Of a DNA stretch of 37,421 nucleotides, positions 26,903 to 35,322 are shown in pieces; the stretch's first letter is position 1; the number at the start of each line of letters is the position of its first letter. The stretch comes from Christensenellales bacterium (GTDB taxonomy: Bacteria > Bacillota > Clostridia > Christensenellales > UMGS416), in NCBI GenBank assembly GCA_050942555.1, contig JBMNNN010000003.1:1-37421 (forward strand), written 5' to 3'. A model generated the notes under the pieces. The model did not search any database, had not been told where the DNA came from, and saw only the letters and a program-made list of their open reading frames with translations. The translations under genes and the position numbers were made by a program.

Positions 26903-28048
26903 CTACGGCTTGTCCTCTCCCCCGTTTTCGGCTTCCTGTGCGGTCTCGCCCTGGCTTTCGTCAGCCGGTTCACCGGTCTCCCCACCGGTCTGTTCCGGCT
27001 CTTCGCTCTGTGCCGGACTTTCTCCGGCGTCTCCTGCGTACCCGGTGTCCCCGGCGTCTCCGGTGTCCTCTGCGTCCGCTGCGTCCTGCTCCGAGCCGCC
27101 GTCAGCGGGCTGCGCTTCCCCTTCGGTCTCGGCGGTCAGATTCCGCCGGTGCTCCTTGCGCACCAGCACCAGATTGGGATCGATCTCATCCATATCCGGC
27201 GAAGCGCCGACTTCGTCGCCGGACGCGGGCTTCCTGTCGCCCATGTTCCGGAATATGAGCGCCGCCACCGAGCCCACGATCAAAATCGCGCTCAGTACCT
27301 GGGATACCCTCAGGTTCGTCCCCGGAATATACAGGCTGTCGGTGCGCATGGGCTCTATGAACACCCGGCCCAGTCCGTAGAGCGCCAGATACATCAGGAA
27401 CACGTTCCCGGGCCTGGCGTCCTTTTTCCTGTGCAGATACAGATACAAAACGATAAATACAAGCAGGTTCCACAGGGATTCATAGAAGAACGTCGCCATG
27501 AAGTAGGCGCCTCTGGCCTCGATGTAGACGCTTGCCGGGAAGAAATGGAACGCAGGATTGCTGATCTCGTATCCATAGGCTTCCTGGTTGACGAAGTTTC
27601 CCCAGCGGCCGATGGCCTGTCCCAGTATAAGGCTGGGCGCGAGTATATCGCACAGCCCGGTAAATGATACCTTCCGCCACCGGGAATAGATGAGTATCCC
27701 GATAAGCCCGCCTATCACGGCCCCGTATATCGCCAGACCGCCCTCCCAGACGGCCACGATATTCAGAAGCGTCCTGTACCAGACTTCGCCACGGAAATAC
27801 TGGTCCCACATGAACGCGACATAATAAAGGCGCGCCCCGATGATCGCGAAGGGGACGGTGACGAGCACCAGGTCCAGCACGACGTCCGAGTTGAACTTCC
27901 GATACTTCGCGTTGTGCATGGCCAGCAGTATTCCCGCCAGCAGCGCGGCGGCTATGATCACGCCGTACCAGTAAATTGGCTTTGTGAACTCTCCCAGGCG
28001 GATTGTAAATGCTACCGGATCCACCGTGAATTTCGAAGCGTCAAACAA
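26903..28048 (-). CDS. lgt: Prolipoprotein diacylglyceryl transferase with acidic C-terminal tail
   Basis: IYWYG, GARLYYV, WEGGLAIYG, GQAIGRWGNFVNQEAYG, YES, R.FIE..R. Start probably TTG 28048 after AGGAGG (ORF track GTG 28057). Confidence 0.95.
   Translation of the reverse strand: MFDASKFTVDPVAFTIRLGEFTKPIYWYGVIIAAALLAGILLAMHNAKYRKFNSDVVLDLVLVTVPFAIIGARLYYVAFMWDQYFRGEVWYRTLLNIVAVWEGGLAIYGAVIGGLIGILIYSRWRKVSFTGLCDILAPSLILGQAIGRWGNFVNQEAYGYEISNPAFHFFPASVYIEARGAYFMATFFYESLWNLLVFIVLYLYLHRKKDARPGNVFLMYLALYGLGRVFIEPMRTDSLYIPGTNLRVSQVLSAILIVGSVAALIFRNMGDRKPASGDEVGASPDMDEIDPNLVLVRKEHRRNLTAETEGEAQPADGGSEQDAADAEDTGDAGDTGYAGDAGESPAQSEEPEQTGGETGEPADESQGETAQEAENGGEDKP
27022..27084. repeat. Seven degenerate 9-bp tandem repeats in the lgt tail
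   Basis: ctccggcgt ctcctgcgt acccggtgt ccccggcgt ctccggtgt cctctgcgt ccgctgcgt, encoding D-A/T-G-like triplets. Confidence 0.75.
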
Positions 28049-28167
28049 ACGATCCACCTCCTGGATTTAAAATCCTATGCCCAAAAGGGCTCCGACCGGT
28101 TTTCTATGATATTCCACTTCTTTATTTCGCCATACGATCCCAAAATCCTTCGAACGGAGCGCATAAC

Positions 28168-28251
28168 ATAAAACACCCGAACTGAGGCTGCTGCCCCGCT
28201 CCGGGTGTTTCGGTCCTGATTCCGCCGGGCAACGGGCGGATTTCTCCGCCC
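28168..28251 (-). terminator. Two stem-loops downstream of the small lipoprotein; the distal one is terminator-like
   Basis: GGGCGGA-GAAA-TCCGCCC, then AAACACCCGG...TCGGGTGTTT followed by TATGTT. Confidence 0.6.
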
Positions 28252-28269
28252 TACCGCTGAAAAAGGAAG

Positions 28270-28512
28270 TTACGTCGATTTGGGTGTTGTAGTCGCCGCT
28301 CCTGTCGTTCCGGGCGACGGCGACGCGGCTTCTGGCGTGGGAGTCACCATCGGAGTCACAGCCGCAGTCGGTGTAGCTGCCGGCGTCACCACGGGCGCTA
28401 TCGTTACTCGAGGGGTCGGTGAGGGCGTCGTAGTCGGCTGGGGAGCTCGGCACCCCACCAGTGCCAGCAACAGGCACACGATGATAACCGCTATCCACGT
28501 TTTCGATCTCAA
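28270..28512 (-). CDS. Small Thr/Pro/Ala-rich lipoprotein (80 aa)
   Basis: AAGGAGG RBS, TTG start, signal peptide with lipobox LVGC (Cys21), low-complexity mature part. Confidence 0.8.
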   Translation of the reverse strand: MRSKTWIAVIIVCLLLALVGCRAPQPTTTPSPTPRVTIAPVVTPAATPTAAVTPMVTPTPEAASPSPGTTGAATTTPKST

Positions 28513-28534
28513 GACATTCGCCTCCTTTTGATTT

Positions 28535-28564
28535 TAGTATTTGCAGCGATAAACTTTTTCATTC
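28535..28564 (-). promoter_or_regulatory. sigmaG-like promoter (proximal)
   Basis: GAATG-18 nt-AATACTA, matching the forespore sigmaG consensus GNATR-18-CATNNTA apart from the first -10 base. Confidence 0.6.
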
Positions 28565-28633
28565 TTGCGGACCTACGGAACGCAGCCCCTGGTTTTTCGG
28601 TTGGTTCCGTGCTTTTTCACGCAATGGCATATT

Positions 28634-28663
28634 TATAATGCCGCGCGCATGGCCAAATCATAC
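28634..28663 (-). promoter_or_regulatory. sigmaG-like promoter (distal)
   Basis: GTATG-18 nt-CATTATA, a full match to the sigmaG consensus. Confidence 0.6.
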
Positions 28664-28698
28664 ACCGCGCTAAAAGATGCGGCGGATAACGGCGCATC

Positions 28699-28744
28699 AA
28701 AAAAGCCGCGACGGTCGATTTGAATCAGAGCCGCGCGGCTTTTT
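28699..28744. terminator. Bidirectional-looking terminator after yvcK
   Basis: AAAAAAGCCGCG...CGCGGCTTTTT inverted repeat with A/T tails on both sides. Confidence 0.7.
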
Positions 28745-28842
28745 ATCGAATTTCGCGTCAGTGATCGCAACGGGACAAATATCCGGCAGGCGGCTGCCCG
28801 GCAACGCCCGGCCGGTGCGCCGCGGGCGCTATGCCAGGGCCC

Positions 28843-30138
28843 TCACATCCGCCACTGGGCCTGGCGGTAAATATCGATGATCGCAGCAGCCAGCCTGTCG
28901 CTGTCGTGTCGCAGCAGTTCGCCCTCGACCCGCAAAAGATCCCGCTCCTCCACCAGCAGGCCCACGGAACGCAGCTCCGCCCGGTCGTATGTGACGGGCT
29001 CGGCATGGTCGTCGAGATACTTTTTCATCAGAGCGGGCGGAATGCGCAGGTTGTTATTGACAAGGATGCACTGCGCGATCCCCTCGCCCGCATGGTCGGC
29101 GAGCGCCCGCAGATGATCGGTCGCGTCGTATCCCTCGGTCTCCCCAGGCTGGGTCATGAGATTGGTCGCATAGATGCGCACCGCATGCGACGCGCGGATG
29201 GCCTGCGCGATGCCCGGCACCAGCAGATTGGGTATGATCGACGTATACAGGCTTCCCGGGCCCAGCACGATGATGTCGGCCTCGCGGATCGCGTCCAGCG
29301 CTTCGGGCAGCGCCGTGCAGCCGGCCGGTTCCAGCCAGACCTTTTCGATATGGCCGCCGTACTCCTTCTGGGCCACGCCGATGTTGGACTCCCCCTCCAC
29401 CACGGCCCCGCCGTTCAGGCGCGCGCACAGGCGGATATTGTCGAGGCTGACCGGAAGCACCCGGCCGGTCACGGCCAGTATGTCGGAGATGCGCTCGACC
29501 GCCTCGAGAAAGCCGCCCGAAATGCCGCTCATTGCGGCCAGGTACAGGTTTCCGAAGCTCTGGCCCTTGAGTTTCCCGTCGGTGAAGCGGTACTGGAGCA
29601 GCCGCTCCATATAGGGTTCCGCATCGGAAAGCGCGATGATGCAGTTACGGATGTCGCCGGGCGGCAGGATCCCCAGCTCCTCCCGCAGCACGCCCGATCC
29701 CCCCCCGTCGTCGGCCACGGTCACAACGACGGTCAGGTTCGACGTGATTTTTTTGAGGCCCCGGAGCAGCGTCGCCATGCCGGTACCGCCCCCCAGAGCG
29801 ACGATCCGCGGGCCCTTCATCAGGGTTTTCCGGAGCTTGAACACGTCGGACCAGCTCACGTCGACGCCCAGCCCGCCGTGCTTGCGCGCCCGCAGCAGCC
29901 GGATGAGCATCATTCCGATCCCGCCCAGTATGCCCGTCAGGCCTGTCAGGAGCAGTATGATGCAGAGGTCCACAGGCCCTGCGAACGCGCCGCTATTCCG
30001 GAGCCTTACGATTCCCGCGAGTCCCGCGCCCGCCAGCGCCGCCCCGCCCGCGCCCATCAGCGTGAGCCGCTTCAGGCCAATGCCGGGCTGCAGCAATGCC
30101 GCCGCCCTGCGCATCCACATCATGATGGCTTGTTTCAT
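28843..30138 (-). CDS. yvcK: YvcK/GlmR (UPF0052, UDP-GlcNAc-binding gluconeogenesis factor) with N-terminal TM segments
   Basis: ALGGGTG, VTVADDGGGSG, PPGDIRNC, GPGSLYTS, NLMTQPGET, RHD. Confidence 0.93.
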   Translation of the reverse strand: MKQAIMMWMRRAAALLQPGIGLKRLTLMGAGGAALAGAGLAGIVRLRNSGAFAGPVDLCIILLLTGLTGILGGIGMMLIRLLRARKHGGLGVDVSWSDVFKLRKTLMKGPRIVALGGGTGMATLLRGLKKITSNLTVVVTVADDGGGSGVLREELGILPPGDIRNCIIALSDAEPYMERLLQYRFTDGKLKGQSFGNLYLAAMSGISGGFLEAVERISDILAVTGRVLPVSLDNIRLCARLNGGAVVEGESNIGVAQKEYGGHIEKVWLEPAGCTALPEALDAIREADIIVLGPGSLYTSIIPNLLVPGIAQAIRASHAVRIYATNLMTQPGETEGYDATDHLRALADHAGEGIAQCILVNNNLRIPPALMKKYLDDHAEPVTYDRAELRSVGLLVEERDLLRVEGELLRHDSDRLAAAIIDIYRQAQWRM

Positions 30139-31013
30139 TACAGGCTTCTCTCCCGTTCCAGGTCCCGATGATCCACCGTCACGCGGTAACCCATCCGGGC
30201 GACGCGCTCTCCCACGGCGTCGGCTATGACCACCGAGCGGTGCATGCCGCCGGTGCAGCCCAGGGCTACGACCAGCTGCCCCTTCCCCTCCTTGATGAAC
30301 TGCGGGATCAGGAATTCGAGCATCCGGGTCGTAAGGGATAGAAAAGTCCGGGTCTCCTCCATGCCCATCACATACGCGATCACATCTTCGTCCCGCCCGC
30401 TGTGTTCTCTGAGCCGGTCGATATAGAAGGGGTTGTTGATGAACCGCACGTCGAGAACCATGTCAGCGTCGGCCGGCATCCCCCACTTGTATCCGAACGA
30501 TACGATCGTGATGGGGAACCTGTCCTCGGCCGCGCCCTCCAGGAAAAGCTCCATCAGTTTCTTACGCAGTTCCCGCGTGCTCAGGCTCGTGGTATCGATC
30601 ACGTGATGGGCGCTCTCCCGCAGACGCTGCAGCAGGTCGCGCTCCCTGTTAATCGACTCCCGAAGCGAGCCCATGCCAGCCAGCAGCGGGTGGCTGCGGC
30701 GCGTCTCCTTGAAGCGCTTAATGAGCACCGCGTCCGAGGCGTCCATGAACAGTATTTCGTACTTGGCCATGTCCTTGATCTTAAGGAGCGCCTCATATAT
30801 CGAGTCGAAGAACTCGCCGCCCCGTATATCCACGCCCACGGCGATGTTGCCGTTCCCCGAACCCGAACCGCTGCGCTGCGTGAACAGCTCTACGAACGTC
30901 GGTATGAGCATCGGCGGGAGGTTGTCGACGCAGTAATATCCGATATCCTCCATCGTTCGGATCACCTGGGACTTTCCGGCTCCCGACATGCCGGTTACGA
31001 TCACGAGCCGCAT
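30138..31013 (-). CDS. rapZ: RNase adapter RapZ / YvcJ P-loop protein
   Basis: TGMSGAGKS, CVDNLPP, DIRG, ETRRSHPL, SFGYKWG, DVRF, GCTGGMHRSV; start MRLVIV after AGGAGG. Confidence 0.94.
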   Translation of the reverse strand: MRLVIVTGMSGAGKSQVIRTMEDIGYYCVDNLPPMLIPTFVELFTQRSGSGSGNGNIAVGVDIRGGEFFDSIYEALLKIKDMAKYEILFMDASDAVLIKRFKETRRSHPLLAGMGSLRESINRERDLLQRLRESAHHVIDTTSLSTRELRKKLMELFLEGAAEDRFPITIVSFGYKWGMPADADMVLDVRFINNPFYIDRLREHSGRDEDVIAYVMGMEETRTFLSLTTRMLEFLIPQFIKEGKGQLVVALGCTGGMHRSVVIADAVGERVARMGYRVTVDHRDLERERSL

Positions 31014-31017
31014 GCGC

Positions 31018-31791
31018 TCACCTCCTTTCGTGCGATTTGAACTTCCAAACGCCGTACCCGGCGGTATTGATGACCCGCACACCGGGAATGCCCGCCTCGC
31101 GTATGATCCGCTGCGCGTTGTCAAAGCTGCCTACGCGCGACGGACGATGCGCGTCGCTTCCCGCGACGAAGCGCGCGCCGCTCATGGCAACGGTCTTCAG
31201 CGCGCCGGGCGACGGTATCCCATGCGAGTCATTGATCTCCAGCAGCGTGCGCGTGCTGGCTGCTACCGCAGCCAGCTGCGGAAGATCCACCGGAAAGCAA
31301 TAACCCGGATGGGTGATGATGTCCACGCTGTAGCGTTCCATCGCGCGCGACAGCGCCCGGGTATTGACCGTAGCCGCTGTCCTGCGCCGGGCCCCCGAGA
31401 GCCACTGCAGGTTATTCACCATACTCATGCGCAGGCCGTCCAGCACGGGCGACATGAATACCATCCTGTGCAGGCCCACAGCCAGCAGGTCGAAAAACGG
31501 GAACATCCTCGCGGGTACGTCGATCTGTCCCCGCGAATTCACGATGTTGGCCTCCACGCCCAGAAACACCGCTATATCGCGCTGATAGCGGCGATTGAGC
31601 GCGTCTACGGTGCGCCGCATACGGCGCACCTTGTCGATATTGAGCCCGATGAGCGGGTGTGCAAAGCTGTGGTCGGTGATCGCGATGGCTTTCAGCTTTT
31701 TCCGGATAGCTTCCAGGACGTTCTCCTCGATGGTCCCGCGGCCGTGGCTAAACCAGGTGTGCGTGTGGTAATCGGCGATCCATTTCATCAA
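31018..31791 (-). CDS. PHP-domain phosphatase/hydrolase
   Basis: DYHTHT, ITDHS, GVEAN, HPG, EIND, GSDAH. Confidence 0.9.
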   Translation of the reverse strand: MMKWIADYHTHTWFSHGRGTIEENVLEAIRKKLKAIAITDHSFAHPLIGLNIDKVRRMRRTVDALNRRYQRDIAVFLGVEANIVNSRGQIDVPARMFPFFDLLAVGLHRMVFMSPVLDGLRMSMVNNLQWLSGARRRTAATVNTRALSRAMERYSVDIITHPGYCFPVDLPQLAAVAASTRTLLEINDSHGIPSPGALKTVAMSGARFVAGSDAHRPSRVGSFDNAQRIIREAGIPGVRVINTAGYGVWKFKSHERR

Positions 31792-31794
31792 TGA

Positions 31795-32709
31795 CTAACG
31801 GTCCTCTCCCAGTATCCGCACCTCGGGCTCCATGCGGATACCGGTTCTCCGCTCCACCGCGTCCGCCACCCGCTGCATGAGCGCAAGGATGTCGGCCGCG
31901 GTCGCGCCCCCCATGTTCACAATGAATCCCGCGTGCAGCTCCGATATCTGCGCGCCGCCGACCCGTTCGCCCTTCAAACCGGCTTCCTCGATGAGCTTGC
32001 CGGCGAAATGTCCCTCAGGCCGCTTGAACGTGCTGCCCGCGCTGGGCAGATTGAGCGGCTGCTTTTCCCGGCGCTGCGCGGCCAGCTCGCGCATCCGCGC
32101 CTCGATAAGGTCGGCGTCCCCCGGATTGAGCTCCATTTCGGCCGCGAGCACCGTCAGTCGCTCCTGGGCGCAGCGGCTGTGACGGTACCCAAAACGCATT
32201 TCCGCGCCGTCCAGCCACCGGACGGCGCCGTCGGGGTCCATGACCTCGACCCGGCGCACGACCTGTTCCATCGCGCCGCCGTACGCGCCCGCGTTCATCA
32301 CGACCGCTCCGCCCACCGAACCGGGTATGCCCGACGCGAACTCAAGGCCCGTGAGCGACGCGGCAAGCGCGGCCCGCGCTGCCGCAGTCAGCGACGCTCC
32401 CGCCTGCGCGGTCAGGCGGTTCTGCTCCACCGCGATGCCGTGCATCCTTTCGGACAGCTTGAGCACGACGCCACGGATCCCGCCGTCGCGCACCAGCAGG
32501 TTCGTGCCGTTTCCGATCACGATCCATGGGATGTCCTGCTGCGCGCACCAGAGCACGACAGCGGCGATTTCCGCCGCGTTTTCGGGATATATCAGCGCGT
32601 CCGCCGGTCCGCCCACCCGGAAGGATGTGTGCCTGGCCATGGACTCGTCGAACAGTACCCTGCCCCGCGGCAGCAGCCCGGCAAGCGCCGCGTATCTTTC
32701 CCGCGTCAT
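31795..32709 (-). CDS. murB: UDP-N-acetylenolpyruvoylglucosamine reductase
   Basis: HTSFRVGGPAD, GNGTNLLVRDGG, GIPGSVGGAVVMNAGAYG, QPLNLPSAGSTFKRP, HAGFIVN, EPEV. Confidence 0.96.
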   Translation of the reverse strand: MTRERYAALAGLLPRGRVLFDESMARHTSFRVGGPADALIYPENAAEIAAVVLWCAQQDIPWIVIGNGTNLLVRDGGIRGVVLKLSERMHGIAVEQNRLTAQAGASLTAAARAALAASLTGLEFASGIPGSVGGAVVMNAGAYGGAMEQVVRRVEVMDPDGAVRWLDGAEMRFGYRHSRCAQERLTVLAAEMELNPGDADLIEARMRELAAQRREKQPLNLPSAGSTFKRPEGHFAGKLIEEAGLKGERVGGAQISELHAGFIVNMGGATAADILALMQRVADAVERRTGIRMEPEVRILGEDR

Positions 32710-32765
32710 CGCGATCTTCCTATCGGTTAAATAGTGCGGGAACCGCCATGATCAGCGATTCCCTG

Positions 32766-33971
32766 CTATTCTACATCATCGCCCTTATGAATACAAGGCG
32801 GCTGCAGATAAAAGCAGCGCGCGGAAACAGCGCGCCGCGCCGCCTCATCCCCCAGCGCGGCCTCAAGTACCACGGTCTCGGCCAGCTGGCTAAAGGGCCC
32901 TGGAAGCACGACCGCTCCGCGCGCGGCGGCCGACAGCAGCATATCCCGCACGGCGCCTGATCCGCTCCTGCCGCGCACCGCCGACAGGCAGCCGGTCTTT
33001 TCGCTAATGACCGACTGGTTTTCAGCCGACAGCAGCGCCGCGACAAAATCCACGGCCATATCCGAGCGCGCGGCTTCTCCGCTGTCCACCACGCACATCC
33101 ACTGGACCTGCAGCGGCTGGGCCAGATCCCGTGGAACCGGCATCACGAGTACCTCAAATCCCTTGCCCTGCCCGCGCAGCCGCTCGATGGCGGCCGCCTC
33201 CCACTGGCTGCCCATCAGTATGCCGGCCCGGCCTCCCGCGAAGCTCTCCCAGGTCTGCCACAGCGTGGCGGCCGGGTCCAGCACGCCGTCGGGCAGCGCG
33301 GCCGCGCCCGGCCCGGTAAAACACAGCAGGCCCTCCCCGGCGGCAGCGATACCATACACCTGGATAGACTGGCTGCGGCCGGTCCTGTGGGCCAGCTGTG
33401 CGGCCAGGGTCAGCAGTTCATTCGCCGTCCAGTCAGGTCCAGCGGGGAGCGCGGCGCTGCGCCGCGCGGCCATATCGGCGTTGATGAGCACCACCGTCCC
33501 GCCCCATACCCACGGAACCGCCAGCGCTCCGTCCTCCACCCAGGGGATCGCCGGGACGAGCGCCGACTCGAACTCCTGTCCGCGCGGGACCGGTACGAGC
33601 GGCAGCGTCTCGGGCGACACCATGCCGCCGGGCCAGGTGAGTATATCGGGCTGGCGGCCCGCTGCCAGCCGGGCTGAGAACTGCTCGGCCGTGATGTTCT
33701 CGATCTGGATATAGAGCCCCTTGTTCCGGTTTTCATACCAGGCGGCGACCCGCGCGAGCTGCTCGCCGCGGCTGCCCGCCGCCGTCCGCCACCCGCCCAG
33801 ATGCCACAGCAGGAGCGCTCCCTCCCACGCCGATCGCGGCGACTCGAACAGGCGGCGCGCGTCGGCCGGAGCGATACGCGGGGGCAGTACGAGCAGCGCC
33901 GCTACCGTTACCGCCGCGGCCAACGCGGTGCATAGAAGCGTTCGCCTCCAGCGGATCTGTTGCTTCATCAT
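32766..33971 (-). CDS. Membrane-anchored extracellular solute-binding-like protein (orphan)
   Basis: N-terminal TM helix; SBP family 1-like motifs GRQPDIL, AVPW.....LIN, F..GRAGIL.G; no permease nearby. Confidence 0.65.
   Translation of the reverse strand: MMKQQIRWRRTLLCTALAAAVTVAALLVLPPRIAPADARRLFESPRSAWEGALLLWHLGGWRTAAGSRGEQLARVAAWYENRNKGLYIQIENITAEQFSARLAAGRQPDILTWPGGMVSPETLPLVPVPRGQEFESALVPAIPWVEDGALAVPWVWGGTVVLINADMAARRSAALPAGPDWTANELLTLAAQLAHRTGRSQSIQVYGIAAAGEGLLCFTGPGAAALPDGVLDPAATLWQTWESFAGGRAGILMGSQWEAAAIERLRGQGKGFEVLVMPVPRDLAQPLQVQWMCVVDSGEAARSDMAVDFVAALLSAENQSVISEKTGCLSAVRGRSGSGAVRDMLLSAAARGAVVLPGPFSQLAETVVLEAALGDEAARRAVSARCFYLQPPCIHKGDDVE
32768..32796 (-). promoter_or_regulatory. 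sigmaA-like promoter for murB within the 3' end of the upstream gene
   Basis: TTGTAT-17 nt-TAGAAT on the minus strand. Confidence 0.55.
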
Positions 33972-34004
33972 ATCGGCCTCTCCCCCTTGCCCCCGCACGG
34001 TATC

Positions 34005-34033
34005 AATGTATTTTTTCCGCGCCGGCGTTATGC
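34005..34033 (-). promoter_or_regulatory. sigmaE-like (mother-cell) promoter
   Basis: GCATA-16 nt-AATACATT, close to the sigmaE consensus ATA-16/18-CATACANT. Confidence 0.5.
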
Positions 34034-34071
34034 CGGTATGCGCCCGGCGGGCTTCGCCCGCTCAGCCGGTA

Positions 34072-34452
34072 TCAGAAAATATTCCCCGGCGTCAGCGCGT
34101 ATCGGCGCGCCAGCTGCCACATTTCCCGGGATAGCGCCGTGATCTCGGGATGCAGCTCCTCCCTGTTCCGGTCGGGCAGCATGGCAAGGACACGCTGCAT
34201 CGCGATATCCACAGACTCGGCCTGCGCGTGCTCAAAGAAAAAATGGAGCTTCGGAAACAGGCGGTCCCACGCCTCGCGTATCTCCTGGGCCAGCGCGTCG
34301 GCTTCCTCCCAGCGCTCCCCGTCCACGGCTGCGGCAAGCGATTCGATGCGCGGCTGCATACGCTCCGACAATTGTTTAAGCATCGCGGTGGACGCGAATT
34401 CCAGCCCGCACACGATGACGATAATCGCTATCATGAACGCCCATGTTTTCAT
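34072..34452 (-). CDS. DUF4363-like small exported protein
   Basis: N-terminal TM helix, helical body with W..A....W and H.E, ends TPGNIF; ATGA-coupled to the DUF421 gene. Confidence 0.72.
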   Translation of the reverse strand: MKTWAFMIAIIVIVCGLEFASTAMLKQLSERMQPRIESLAAAVDGERWEEADALAQEIREAWDRLFPKLHFFFEHAQAESVDIAMQRVLAMLPDRNREELHPEITALSREMWQLARRYALTPGNIF

Positions 34453-35144
34453 GCGCCAAACCACCTTCCCTTTTTCTCGCGGCCCTGCACTCGAAGCATT
34501 CCGTCGGGCTCCAGCGTCGCGTAGAATACGTTCCGGGGATCCGTATAACCCAGCTTGGCAAGCTCGTCCCGGAGCCACTGCTCGGTATGGCCCGACTCAT
34601 GCAGGCTCTGCCGGTGAATGCGCCCGTCCATGATGAGATGGTACGACGGCTCCCGCTGCGGATTGTAAATACCCATATCCCCGGCGGTAAGCGGGCCCTT
34701 GTCCTGGCGCGGGATGACCGTGAGCATGCCGCTCGTTTCGAGTATCGCGTACTCGATGTCGGCAAGCGAGAAAAACCCCTTTTCCCGGGTCTGTTCCAGA
34801 AGATCGGAAAAATTGTACCGCGCCCTGCGCATCTCGTGCTCGAGTATCCGGCCGCGCGCGATGATGACCGCGGGACTCCCGCATATGATGCTGCGCGCCT
34901 TTTCGTTTTTCAGCATCAGCCAGGAAAGCAGCAGGTAAATAAAAAGAAGCGACGCGATGGGCACGATGCCCTGCAGTATCGGTATTCCCGGGTCTTCCAT
35001 CGGGGTGGCGGCCAGATCGGCCATCAGGATCGCGATGACGAACTCGTAGGGCTGCAGCTGCCCCAGCTCGCGCTTGCCCATGATGCGGACGGTCACGAAT
35101 ACGAACAAATACAGTATAATCGCACGAATGCCAATAAGCAGCAC
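34449..35144 (-). CDS. DUF421 / YetF-family membrane protein
   Basis: RIMGKRELGQLQPYEFV, three TMs, IEYAILETSGMLTV, LIMDG; GTG start after GGAGG. Confidence 0.9.
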   Translation of the reverse strand: MLLIGIRAIILYLFVFVTVRIMGKRELGQLQPYEFVIAILMADLAATPMEDPGIPILQGIVPIASLLFIYLLLSWLMLKNEKARSIICGSPAVIIARGRILEHEMRRARYNFSDLLEQTREKGFFSLADIEYAILETSGMLTVIPRQDKGPLTAGDMGIYNPQREPSYHLIMDGRIHRQSLHESGHTEQWLRDELAKLGYTDPRNVFYATLEPDGMLRVQGREKKGRWFGA

Positions 35145-35171
35145 GCTACCGCCTCCAACCTTATATATCTT

Positions 35172-35200
35172 TAGCTTTGGACAGGGCGGCGCAATTATGC
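35172..35200 (-). promoter_or_regulatory. sigmaG/sigmaF-like promoter of the DUF421 gene
   Basis: GCATA-17 nt-AAAGCTA; YetF-family genes are forespore-expressed in Bacillus. Confidence 0.45.
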
Positions 35201-35264
35201 GCCGGGCGGCAAATAGAAACAGCCACGCGCGGGGGTGATGGCGCGGGCGCTTTCGCCCATAACG

Positions 35265-35294
35265 GCGAAACGGCGGCATGCGCCGCCGTTTCGC
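35265..35294. terminator. Perfect 13-bp stem-loop after htrA
   Basis: GCGAAACGGCGGC-ATGC-GCCGCCGTTTCGC; no clear U-tract. Confidence 0.55.
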
Positions 35295-35322
35295 GTATTG
35301 AAAATGATCTCCCGCTGTCGGG

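Noticed and set aside
27022-27084. Tandem repeats as CRISPR-like array
   Set aside because: Degenerate in-frame 9-mers with no spacers and no cas genes.
28067-28498. 143-aa minus-strand ORF overlapping the small lipoprotein
   Set aside because: Alternative frame without RBS that runs through terminator hairpins; the 28270-28512 frame has an RBS and lipobox.
28570-28615. Hairpin ACGGAAC...GTTCCGT between the two sigmaG-like promoters as a riboswitch
   Set aside because: A single short stem with no recognisable aptamer consensus.
18306-30171. Plus-strand ORFs 18306-19700, 21749-22849, 26354-27667 and 28831-30171
   Set aside because: Antisense shadows of the aminotransferase, transglutaminase, lgt and yvcK genes.
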